From: a bacterium | GTDB lineage: Bacteria; Acidobacteriota; Blastocatellia; HR10 | Direction of reading: 5' to 3' | Length of the DNA: 64,000 nt | Assembly (NCBI GenBank): GCA_041640655.1 | Contig: JBEPZV010000008.1 | Coordinates: 1 to 64,000 of the forward strand | Shown: one piece after another, positions 48,044-56,347 of the stretch | How positions within the stretch are numbered: position 1 is the first letter of the stretch | How the letters are laid out: each line of letters starts with the position of its first letter | Translations under genes and position numbers: made by a program | The notes under the pieces: model-generated | What the model was told of the DNA's origin: nothing | What the model saw: only the letters and a program-made list of their open reading frames with translations | The model's database searches: none

Positions 48044-49246
48044 TTAGGGATCTCGTGCCGCCAGGCGCTCCAAGTACTGCGGGGACATCGCGCGCAACCG
48101 TTCCACTTCCTCTGGGAGGACCTCAAGCACATATGCGATCTCCTCGCGCGTGGTGTCCTTGCTCAGGGAGAACCGCAGGCTCCCTTGCACGAGATCGCGC
48201 GGGCGCCCGAGCGCCAGAAGCACATGCGAAGGTTCGAGCGATCCCGAGGAGCACGCAGCGCCCGTCGAGACGGCGATGCCCCGCAGATCGAGCCGGATCA
48301 GGAGCGCTTCCCCATCGAGGAACTGGAAGCTGAAGTTGGAGATGTTCGGGACCCGCTGCTCGCGATGGCCATTTCGCAGGACGAAGGGGATGCGCTCTTC
48401 GATCCCTTGCTCCAGCATGTCGCGCAATGCGCGCATGTGTCGGATGCGGTCGGGAAGCTGCTGGCGCGTCAATTCAGCCGCTCGTCCGAAGCCGACGATG
48501 GCGGGCACATTCTCCGTCCCCGAGCGCCGATCCCGCTCATGATGACCGCCGTCCATCTGGCGCACGAGGCGCACCCCGCGCCGCAGATAGAGGGCCCCGG
48601 CGCCTTTCGGGCCGTGAATCTTGTGCGCGGAGAAGGTCAACAGATCCACCCCCAGCTCATCCACGTGCACGGGCATCTTCCCCACGGCCTGCACGGCGTC
48701 GGTGTGGAGATACGGATAGGGCTGACCGCGCTCGGCGCGCACGCGCCGGACGAGTTCGGCGATCTCGCGAATGGGCTGGATCGTGCCGATCTCATTATTG
48801 GCGAGCATGATGCTGATCAGGATCGTGTCGGGGCGAAGCGCGGCATGAACGTCCTCGATGCGCACGAGCCCGTCCGGAGAGACGGGCAGATAGGTCACCT
48901 CAAAGCCGCGCCGCTCCAAGGCCCGACAGCTCTCAAGTACAGCGGGATGTTCGATCTGCGAGGTGATGAGATGCCGCCCCCGCTGCCCATGCGCTTCGGC
49001 GATCCCCTTCAGGGCGAGATTGTCCGACTCCGTCCCGCCACTGGTGAAGATGATCTCCGAGGGATCGGCACCGATCAACTCGGCCACGCGCGCGCGCGCC
49101 TCCTCGACGGCCGCGCGCGCTCGCTGCCCGAAGGCGTGAACGGACGAGGCATTGCCATACTCCTCCCGGAGATACGGGAGCATGGCCTCCAGCACCTCGG
49201 GGTCAAGGCGCGTCGTCGCCGCATTGTCCAGATACACACGCCGCAT
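48044..49246 (-). CDS. iscS: Cysteine desulfurase, IscS/NifS type
   Basis: YLDNAATT, FTSGGTESDN, SAHKIHGPKG, STGAACSSG. Confidence 0.95.
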   Translation of the reverse strand: MRRVYLDNAATTRLDPEVLEAMLPYLREEYGNASSVHAFGQRARAAVEEARARVAELIGADPSEIIFTSGGTESDNLALKGIAEAHGQRGRHLITSQIEHPAVLESCRALERRGFEVTYLPVSPDGLVRIEDVHAALRPDTILISIMLANNEIGTIQPIREIAELVRRVRAERGQPYPYLHTDAVQAVGKMPVHVDELGVDLLTFSAHKIHGPKGAGALYLRRGVRLVRQMDGGHHERDRRSGTENVPAIVGFGRAAELTRQQLPDRIRHMRALRDMLEQGIEERIPFVLRNGHREQRVPNISNFSFQFLDGEALLIRLDLRGIAVSTGAACSSGSLEPSHVLLALGRPRDLVQGSLRFSLSKDTTREEIAYVLEVLPEEVERLRAMSPQYLERLAARDP

Positions 49247-49283
49247 ATGGAAAATTGTGCCGCCTCCGTCTAGAATGTGCAAC

Positions 49284-50081
49284 GTGCGGCCCAGCGGTGT
49301 GATCACGCTCCTGACCGACTTCGGCCTCGCCGATTTCTTCGTCGGGGCGATGAAGGGGGTCATTCTCTCGATTCATCGCGAGGCCGTGATTGTTGATCTC
49401 ACGCACCTGATCCCCCCCCAGGACATCTACGCGGCGGCTCTGACGCTGGCCGACTGCTACGCGACCTTTCCCGAGGGCACGATCCACGTGGCCGTCGTCG
49501 ATCCGGGTGTCGGCTCCGAGCGACGCGCCGTGCTCATCGAGACCGCGCGATATTTCTTCATCGGTCCGGACAATGGGCTCTTCACCCTCGTCGTGGAGAA
49601 TGAGTCGCTGCAGCGCGCCATCCAGATCACGGCCGAACGCTTCTTCCGCCATCCGGTGAGCCGGACATTTCACGGGCGAGATGTCTTCGCCCCGGTCGCG
49701 GCGTGGCTCGCGCGCGGCGTGCCCCCATCGGAGTTCGGGCCGGAAGTCTTGGACCTGACGCGCCTGCCGATTCCTCGCGTGGAACGCCTGGACGAGAAGC
49801 GATGGCGCGGTCAGGTCATTCACGTGGACCGCTTCGGCAACCTGATCACCAACGTGACGGCGCGCGATGTCCCCCTGGAGGCTCTGCGCCAGGGAGGGAG
49901 ACTCCTCGTCAACGATCATGAGGTGTCCGCCCTGCACACGCACTATCACGAGGCGGCTCCGGGGGAACTCTTCGCCCTGGTGGGCAGCACCGGCCGCGTG
50001 GAGATCGCCGTCCGAGAGGGATCAGCCGCTACAGCGCTGGGCGTGGGTCGAGGCGCGACGGTGGAGATTCTTCTCCCGTGA
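49284..50081 (+). CDS. SAM hydroxide adenosyltransferase (DUF62, fluorinase/chlorinase superfamily)
   Basis: ITLLTDFG, VVDPGVGSERR, GPDNG, TFHGRDVF, DRFGNL; start is GTG 49284 or ATG 49275. Confidence 0.9.
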   Translation: MRPSGVITLLTDFGLADFFVGAMKGVILSIHREAVIVDLTHLIPPQDIYAAALTLADCYATFPEGTIHVAVVDPGVGSERRAVLIETARYFFIGPDNGLFTLVVENESLQRAIQITAERFFRHPVSRTFHGRDVFAPVAAWLARGVPPSEFGPEVLDLTRLPIPRVERLDEKRWRGQVIHVDRFGNLITNVTARDVPLEALRQGGRLLVNDHEVSALHTHYHEAAPGELFALVGSTGRVEIAVREGSAATALGVGRGATVEILLP

Positions 50082-51294
50082 GGGGAGCGGCTCTCTCCAC
50101 TGCTCGATAAATGAAGCGGGCGCGCCCGAAGCGCACCTCGAATCCGTTTCGCAGCAAGTTCTCCCGCACGCGCTGTCCGTTGACGTACGTGCCGTTGGTG
50201 CTCCCCAAATCCACGACGACGAAACTGCCGCTCGGATGCCGGACGAACTTCGCATGGTGTTTGGAGACGGTCGGATCGTCAATGACGAAATGGTTATCGA
50301 GGGTCTTGCCCACGGTGACCACGGGGCGATCGAGGATGAACGCGATCTGCTCGCGACCGTCTGGCAGTACCTGCACCAGATGCGGTTGATGCACGCGCGG
50401 GGGTGAAGTCGCGGGCAGCAGACTTGCCCCGCAGCAGAGGCATACGGTCACGTCCGCGCGCTGTTCTCTTCCACACGCGGGACAGACGCGCATCTCCCGC
50501 TCGGGAATCCGCGCGCCACACGCGGCGCACGCCTGCCCGATCGTCCCCACGCGCCCGCAGTTCGAACAAGGCGCCAGGCCCGTGAGCAGCATCGTCCCCT
50601 GCCGATGCGGTGAGCGCGCGACATGCCGCACGGTCCGGACCTCGACGTACGCGAAAATGGCGAACATGAGGAGCGCGACGATCCCCATCACCAAAGCGTT
50701 CGGCAGCAGACCGTGCTGTCCGGCCGAGAGCAGTGCATCGAACAGCGCATGCAGCAGTGCCGCCCTCATCCACCCCCGAGCGATCGTGCGCGCGCGCACA
50801 CTTCCGACATTGGGCAGCATCTTCGCCTGACTGAGCGCCAATCCCCAGAAGGCCGCGAACAACGCATGCCCGGGATTGGAGAGAATGCCCCGCACGATGA
50901 AGATCTCACTGCCGAATCGGCTCAAGTAGAGCACGTTCTCAGCCGCCGCGAACCCCAGCGCTGCTGCGGCCCCGTAGATGACGCCATCCACCGGCTCATC
51001 GAACTCCGGCCGGCGGTAGGCGTAGCTCATGACGGCCCACAGCTTCACCGCCTCCTCCACCGGGCCGACGACGAGAAAGAGGATGAGCCACTCGCCCACG
51101 AGATTCGATCCGAAGAGCCCCGAGAGTACCAGGGCGCCCACCGTGTTGAAGACCATCGCCGGCAGCGTCGCCACCGCGCCGAGCACGAACGTCCACACGA
51201 TCGTGCGCAGCGGCTCTCGATCGTACCAGTCCTGAAACCAGAACCAGAGGAGCCACAGCACACAGGGGATGAGCGACAGAGCGAGCGTCTCCAT
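50029..51294 (-). CDS. PrsW-family intramembrane protease fused to a double zinc ribbon and FHA domain
   Basis: DREP, GPVEEAVK, FAAAEN, GHALF, LHALFD; CSNC-CAAC-CPAC-CLCC; GK...VSKHHA...STNGTYVNG. Confidence 0.88.
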   Translation of the reverse strand: METLALSLIPCVLWLLWFWFQDWYDREPLRTIVWTFVLGAVATLPAMVFNTVGALVLSGLFGSNLVGEWLILFLVVGPVEEAVKLWAVMSYAYRRPEFDEPVDGVIYGAAAALGFAAAENVLYLSRFGSEIFIVRGILSNPGHALFAAFWGLALSQAKMLPNVGSVRARTIARGWMRAALLHALFDALLSAGQHGLLPNALVMGIVALLMFAIFAYVEVRTVRHVARSPHRQGTMLLTGLAPCSNCGRVGTIGQACAACGARIPEREMRVCPACGREQRADVTVCLCCGASLLPATSPPRVHQPHLVQVLPDGREQIAFILDRPVVTVGKTLDNHFVIDDPTVSKHHAKFVRHPSGSFVVVDLGSTNGTYVNGQRVRENLLRNGFEVRFGRARFIYRAVERAAPLTGEESPPSRLDPRPAL

Positions 51295-51295
51295 C

Positions 51296-53032
51296 TCACG
51301 CCGTCCGTTTCACGACGAGCAGCGTCATATCATCGGCCGGGCGGGCCTTCCCGAGAAAGTGGCTGAGGGCCTCCTCGATACGATCGCGCAGGGCGGCGGC
51401 GCGCTGCTCGCGAGAGCGCCGCACGACCTCCACCAGGCGCGCGACGCCGAATTCCTCCCCGTGCTCGTTCGCGCTCTCACTGATCCCATCGCTGAAGAGG
51501 ACGAGCACGTCTCCCGGCTCCAACCGGAGGCATTGCTCCTCGTACAGCGTCTCCTCCAGGATACCGACGGGAATCCCCCCCGTCTCCAGGAACTCCACTG
51601 ATCCGTCCGCGCGCATGAGCAACGGCGGGTTATGCCCGGCGTTGGTGTAGCTCAACTCGTGCGCGCGTGGATTCAACCGCGCGAGCCAGAGCGTCGCGAA
51701 CTTATTCGGAGCCGTCGTCTCGCAGAGATAGCGATTGATGGCCGCCATCATCTCGGCGACCGAAGCCGCCGAGCGCGCCTGAGCGCGTACGCTCGCATGC
51801 AGCGCCGACATGAGCATCGCCGCATCCATCCCCTTGCCGCACACATCGCCCAGGGCGAGCAGCAACGTCCCTTCGGGCCCGCGAACGAAGTCGAAGTAAT
51901 CCCCGCCGACTTCGTAGCAGGGGAAGCTGATGCCCGTCAGATCGTACCCCTCGACCTCGGGCGGCGCGACCGGCAGCAGTTGAAATTGCAGATCGCGCGC
52001 TTGAGCCAACTGGTGCTTGATCCGCTCATTCTCCAGGTGCTGCTCCAGCAGCAGCGCGTTCTCGATCTTGATCGCCGCGACCGACGCCACGGTCGTGAGC
52101 AGTTGCAAATCTTCCTCGGTGAACGCGCCCGCATTCATCGGATTGTCCACGTAGATCATCCCCACGACCGACGAGGGTGTCTCCCGCCGACCCCCCAGCA
52201 GGGGAACGGCCATGATCGAACGGATGCCGCTCAGCAGAATCGAGTCGCGCTGGCGGAAGCGCTCGTCCGTCTGCGCATCAAAGGTGAGCACCGAGCGTCC
52301 GCGCTCGATGACCTCCTCCAGGATCGAACGGCTGATGCGCACGACTTGCTCGACCACCGACGGCTCCTGTCCGCGATAGCCCGCGATCTTGCACGACCAT
52401 TCTCCCTGAGCGCCTCGCAGCAAGAGGAACACGCGCTCGGCGGGGACCGCCTCCAGCACCAAACCAACGATCTGCCGGAGCACCTCATCGAGCGAGAGTG
52501 GAGAGAGCAAGGCGAGGCCGACCTGAGTGAGCACAGCCAACAGTCGTTTGCTCCGCTCGACCTCAGGCGGCAATCCGGGCACGGTGACCGAACGCGCCGC
52601 CTCGAGCAGAGAGACGATCTCGGGAGTCAGCGGCGGACGCTTCACGGATGATGTCGAGGTCAACGTCTCCGGGTGCGCGACGATCACGTCGCCAGTCCCC
52701 AGTTCGTCCATCGGGACCTCGGCGCCAGAAATCGGCTCGGCAGGAGGGAGGAGCTCCAGTACCGTCTCCCCCACCTGAAGGCGATCGCCTGCAGCGACCG
52801 CGACCGTCCCCCGAATGCGGGCGCCGTTCAGATATGTGCCGTTGGCGCTCCCCAAGTCCGTCACCCACCACGTCTTCCCCTCCTCGCGCAGCTCCGCATG
52901 CACGCGCGAGGTGAAGGGATCGTCCACACAGAGATCGCTGCGCACCGAACGCCCGATGACGATCCGCCGTTTCCGGATCTCAACGACGATCGGCGCTCGA
53001 CCCGGCGAATACACCCTGAGCTTCACCATCAT
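51296..53032 (-). CDS. FHA-GAF-PP2C (SpoIIE/RsbU-type) phosphatase
   Basis: IGRS...SRVHA...SANGTYLNG; GAF SIMAVPL...GMIYVD; VGGDYFD, GDVCGKG, NAGHNPP, SDGISE, DDMT. Confidence 0.92.
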   Translation of the reverse strand: MMVKLRVYSPGRAPIVVEIRKRRIVIGRSVRSDLCVDDPFTSRVHAELREEGKTWWVTDLGSANGTYLNGARIRGTVAVAAGDRLQVGETVLELLPPAEPISGAEVPMDELGTGDVIVAHPETLTSTSSVKRPPLTPEIVSLLEAARSVTVPGLPPEVERSKRLLAVLTQVGLALLSPLSLDEVLRQIVGLVLEAVPAERVFLLLRGAQGEWSCKIAGYRGQEPSVVEQVVRISRSILEEVIERGRSVLTFDAQTDERFRQRDSILLSGIRSIMAVPLLGGRRETPSSVVGMIYVDNPMNAGAFTEEDLQLLTTVASVAAIKIENALLLEQHLENERIKHQLAQARDLQFQLLPVAPPEVEGYDLTGISFPCYEVGGDYFDFVRGPEGTLLLALGDVCGKGMDAAMLMSALHASVRAQARSAASVAEMMAAINRYLCETTAPNKFATLWLARLNPRAHELSYTNAGHNPPLLMRADGSVEFLETGGIPVGILEETLYEEQCLRLEPGDVLVLFSDGISESANEHGEEFGVARLVEVVRRSREQRAAALRDRIEEALSHFLGKARPADDMTLLVVKRTA

Positions 53033-53645
53033 TGGCCTCCGTGACGACCCGCGTCCCACTCAGCAGATCATGCCACCCCCGTCCCTGCCCATCCACGAGC
53101 ATCCAGAGGAATCCCAGTCCGAGCGGGAGCGCCGCCAGCCCGTAGCCGAGCGTATGACGCAGGAGCGAACGTCCCCAAGAGAGGGGCTGGCCATCGGCGC
53201 GCACGATCTGGATCCCCACAAGCGCCATCCCCACTGACTGCCCGCGCACGCTGCAGAGTATAAGATGGTTCACCAGCAAAACCAAGCACGCCGCGAGCGC
53301 GCTCCACATCGCCAGCTCCGCCAGCAGGAGGCGCCCCCGAAGGGCGACGGCCCCCATGACGGTCACTCCCATCGCTCCCAGAAGCAACACCAGGTCGAGA
53401 AAGAACGCCACGAGTCGAACCACCAGGGGTGCCGGGGCGCGCCCGCCCGCGCGAGGAGGAGATTCCACCTCCTGCCACGGCATCGTGATCGCGCGCTCTC
53501 GAGGATCGAAGGCGGCAATCGTCGGGTCGGCGGGAGATTCGACCGCGTGCGCTGCTGCCGTCACCAGTGGCGCGCCACAGGCTCGGCAGAATCTCGCTCC
53601 CGGGCGCTGCGGCATGTGACATCGCAGACAATGACTCGTCACCAT
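52980..53645 (-). CDS. Zinc ribbon + RDD family membrane protein
   Basis: CLRC...FCRACG; RLVAFFLD, GQSVG, LRH, WHDLLSGTRVV. Confidence 0.85.
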   Translation of the reverse strand: MVTSHCLRCHMPQRPGARFCRACGAPLVTAAAHAVESPADPTIAAFDPRERAITMPWQEVESPPRAGGRAPAPLVVRLVAFFLDLVLLLGAMGVTVMGAVALRGRLLLAELAMWSALAACLVLLVNHLILCSVRGQSVGMALVGIQIVRADGQPLSWGRSLLRHTLGYGLAALPLGLGFLWMLVDGQGRGWHDLLSGTRVVTEANDGEAQGVFAGSSADRR

Positions 53646-55147
53646 TCGCCCTCATGCCGGAAAAGCAGGGACACCTCACCGATCTGCACGCGATCTCCAT
53701 CGTGGAGCGCCTGTGGGGTTCGCGGCGGGAGCAACCGACGACCGTTGACGAGCGTCCCGTTGACGCTCGCCAGGTCCTCAATCCAATATCGCCCCTCCGC
53801 CCGCCAGATGCGCGCATGCCGGCGCGAGACCGTGGCCCCCGGATCGTACGGGGACAAATCCACGTCCGGGAAGATGCCGGAGATCGGATCGGCACGACCG
53901 ATGAGATTCGACTCCTTGAGCAAAGCTCGCGTTGCCCGCACTTCCCCCGAGCGCGGATCGCAAACGAACAGATAGGCGCTCGCCCGCATGGGCTCGACTT
54001 CGATCGGTTGACGTGCGCCGCAGTACGCGCAATAGAGATCGTCCGCTCCGATGCTCACCCCGCAATAGCTGCAGTAGACCGTGCCCACGTCCAGGCGAGG
54101 CGCGACTTCTGATCCCGCGCGGCGGACGAGATCGCCGAACGCCATGCGATAGGCGTGCTCCAGACGATCGCCGCACTGCTCGCGCAGGAAGGCCAGATGT
54201 TCTTCCAGCGCGCTCTTCATCTCGCGCGCCGAGGCGAACCGATCTTCGGGCGCATAGGCGACGGCGCGCATGAGGAGGCGCTCCATCTGGGGCGTGAGCT
54301 CGGGAGTATATTGGCGCGGCGTCGGATTCCGCGTGAAGTCGAAGATCAGCAGCGGTTGATCGCGCGGGTCTACCCCCGTCAGCAGATGAAACATCGTGGC
54401 GCCCAGCGAATAGATGTCCGAACGCGGCTCGACCTGCCCAGAGAACAGCTCCGGCGGCGCATACCCCATTGTGCCGACGGCCGTCACCCCCTTCTCCTGA
54501 GGGGCGACGACGCGCGCGATCCCAAAGTCAATGAGTACGATGCGATTGGCCTCGGGATCAATCATGATGTTGGCCGGTTTCAGGTCCCGATAGATGATCG
54601 GCGGCTGCCGCGTGTGCAGGTAATCGAGCACATCGCAGATCTGAATGGCCCACATCGTGACGGTCAGCTCGTCGAAACGCCCGCCGACCAACTGCAGCCG
54701 CGTGGCCAGATCCCCCCCCGAGATGAACTCCATGACGAGATAGTATCGCCCCCCTTCGACGAAATGGTCATAGATGATCGGGATCGAAGGGTGTCGGAGG
54801 CTGGCCAGAAGCCGCGCTTCGCGCTGGAAGTCGAGGATGGCTTTCTCCCGAAGTGCGGGATCGGAGAACATCTCGATCATCTCCTTGACGGCTCGCACGG
54901 CACCATTCAGATGGCGGTCACGAGCTTGATAGACATTCCCCATGCCCCCTCCCCCGACCCGCCGCACGATCTCATAGCGCCCGCGTAAGACCGCACCAGG
55001 AGGCAACTCCGCGAGCGGGGCGAAAGCTCCCGGCCTCCCGCCCTCCATCTCCCCGAATGAGCCGGAGAAGACTTGCCGCGCCCCACATTCGCCGCAGAAG
55101 AGATCCTCCGGGTGAACGGGTGATCCGCACCGCGCGCAGAACTTCAT
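53639..55147 (-). CDS. Hanks-type Ser/Thr kinase with N-terminal and internal zinc ribbons and C-terminal FHA
   Basis: CARC..CGEC; GGGGMGNVY, AVKE, YRDLKPANIM, DFG, GTMGYAPPE; CSYC..CAYC; IGR...VSRRHA...SVNGT. Confidence 0.93.
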   Translation of the reverse strand: MKFCARCGSPVHPEDLFCGECGARQVFSGSFGEMEGGRPGAFAPLAELPPGAVLRGRYEIVRRVGGGGMGNVYQARDRHLNGAVRAVKEMIEMFSDPALREKAILDFQREARLLASLRHPSIPIIYDHFVEGGRYYLVMEFISGGDLATRLQLVGGRFDELTVTMWAIQICDVLDYLHTRQPPIIYRDLKPANIMIDPEANRIVLIDFGIARVVAPQEKGVTAVGTMGYAPPELFSGQVEPRSDIYSLGATMFHLLTGVDPRDQPLLIFDFTRNPTPRQYTPELTPQMERLLMRAVAYAPEDRFASAREMKSALEEHLAFLREQCGDRLEHAYRMAFGDLVRRAGSEVAPRLDVGTVYCSYCGVSIGADDLYCAYCGARQPIEVEPMRASAYLFVCDPRSGEVRATRALLKESNLIGRADPISGIFPDVDLSPYDPGATVSRRHARIWRAEGRYWIEDLASVNGTLVNGRRLLPPRTPQALHDGDRVQIGEVSLLFRHEGEW

Positions 55148-55716
55148 ATCCCTTCGATGAGAAACCGCAAGAAGGTCTTCCCCACGATGATCTCGTCGCC
55201 GTGCCGCAGCGGCACGGGCTGATGCGGGTGGAGCCGAGGCCCGCGATTCACGAACGTCCCGTTCAGGCTCCCCAGATCTTCGATCCAGAATCGCCCCTCC
55301 CGATAGAAGATGCGCGCGTGGCGGCGAGAGACCTTGGCCTCGGGATCGTCTTCGTCCAGATCGATCTCGGGGAAGATCCCGTGCTCGGCATCCCACCGTC
55401 CGAGCATCACCTCCGACTCCCAGATGGGGAACTCCCGACCGACACGACCGCCGCGCACAAGCACCAATTTCGCTCGCGGCCGGCGATCTGGGGGGGAACG
55501 GTCTGGAAGCGCCGCGCCTTCAGCCGGAGAGACCATCGGCGGCCTCTCGGCGGGCGCGCGTCCGGAGGGTCGAGCGCTCGGCTTCGGTGAATCCGCCGCC
55601 TCTTCTGCAGGCGTCGCCTGCCCGCTCTCAGCGTCCGACGCCAGGCTCACCCCGCACGCGTCACAATACGTTGAGTCCTCCAGATTCTCCATCCCGCACC
55701 GGCGACAGCGGATCAT
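55144..55716 (-). CDS. Zinc ribbon-FHA protein (FraH-like architecture)
   Basis: CRRC..CDAC, Pro/Ser/Ala linker, LGR...VSRRHA...SLNGTFVN; SD GGAGG. Confidence 0.9.
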   Translation of the reverse strand: MIRCRRCGMENLEDSTYCDACGVSLASDAESGQATPAEEAADSPKPSARPSGRAPAERPPMVSPAEGAALPDRSPPDRRPRAKLVLVRGGRVGREFPIWESEVMLGRWDAEHGIFPEIDLDEDDPEAKVSRRHARIFYREGRFWIEDLGSLNGTFVNRGPRLHPHQPVPLRHGDEIIVGKTFLRFLIEGI

Positions 55717-55739
55717 CGGACGCGCGCCTCCTTATGAAT

Positions 55740-55781
55740 TGCATCTTGATGCAGAATACCACAAAAAGTCGCTCGCCGCAA
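55740..55781 (-). promoter_or_regulatory. Promoter of the FHA operon (TTGCGG-N17-TATTCT) with palindrome TGCATC-N2-GATGCA over +1
   Basis: Palindrome at 55740-55753, -10 at 55753-55758, -35 at 55776-55781. Confidence 0.6.
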
Positions 55782-55788
55782 AAAGCCC

Positions 55789-55817
55789 TTGATTTTCTTG
55801 CCGGTGGTGACTATATT
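55789..55817 (+). promoter_or_regulatory. speD promoter TTGATT-N17-TATATT
   Basis: Directly seen, divergent from the FHA operon promoter. Confidence 0.65.
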
Positions 55818-55936
55818 GAACAGTCTTGCCGAATCATGTGGCCGGCAGGGAGGAGAACCTGAACGTTTCGGGTTCGCCTCTCGTTGGTTGAACGAAGGAG
55901 GTGATCACGATTCCGATTCGAGGAGGGTGAAGGAAC

Positions 55937-56347
55937 ATGGCCATCGGCATTCACATCCTCGGTGAGCTGTATGGTGTCAATCGTCAAACCCTCAGCCGCG
56001 TCGAACATCTGGAGCCACTCCTGCTGAAAATTCTCCGCGATCACGATTTCAAGATCCTCGCCAGTTCCTTCCATCAGTTTCATCCCTTCGGCGTCACCGG
56101 TTTCGTCCTCCTGGCGGAGTCGCATGTGAGCGTGCACACGTGGCCGGAAGAAGCCTACATCGCGCTGGACATCTTCAGCTGTAGCTCCGAAGAGCAGGCC
56201 CTGCGCGCGTTCGAGGCGATCTGCAAGGAGTTGGCTCCGGTGGAGGTGGATCGAAAGATCATTGATCGGGGCGTGTCATGGAGAAGCCTGGGAGTATTCT
56301 CCTCACCATCCTACGAGACGGTCAGCGGAGCTTGTGGGACATCCTGA
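55937..56347 (+). CDS. speD: S-adenosylmethionine decarboxylase proenzyme (class 1B)
   Basis: HQFHPFGVTG, LAESHVSVHTWPE (E-S cleavage site), DIFSC. Confidence 0.92.
   Translation: MAIGIHILGELYGVNRQTLSRVEHLEPLLLKILRDHDFKILASSFHQFHPFGVTGFVLLAESHVSVHTWPEEAYIALDIFSCSSEEQALRAFEAICKELAPVEVDRKIIDRGVSWRSLGVFSSPSYETVSGACGTS

Noticed and set aside
49284..50081. Fluorinase/chlorinase
   Set aside because: It has the Asp/Arg/His pattern (VVDPG..RR, TFHGRD) of DUF62 hydroxide adenosyltransferases and no halometabolite cluster nearby.
56278..56347. Programmed frameshift creating a SpeD-BpsA fusion
   Set aside because: bpsA has its own ATG and I saw no slippery sequence; a simple overlap suffices.
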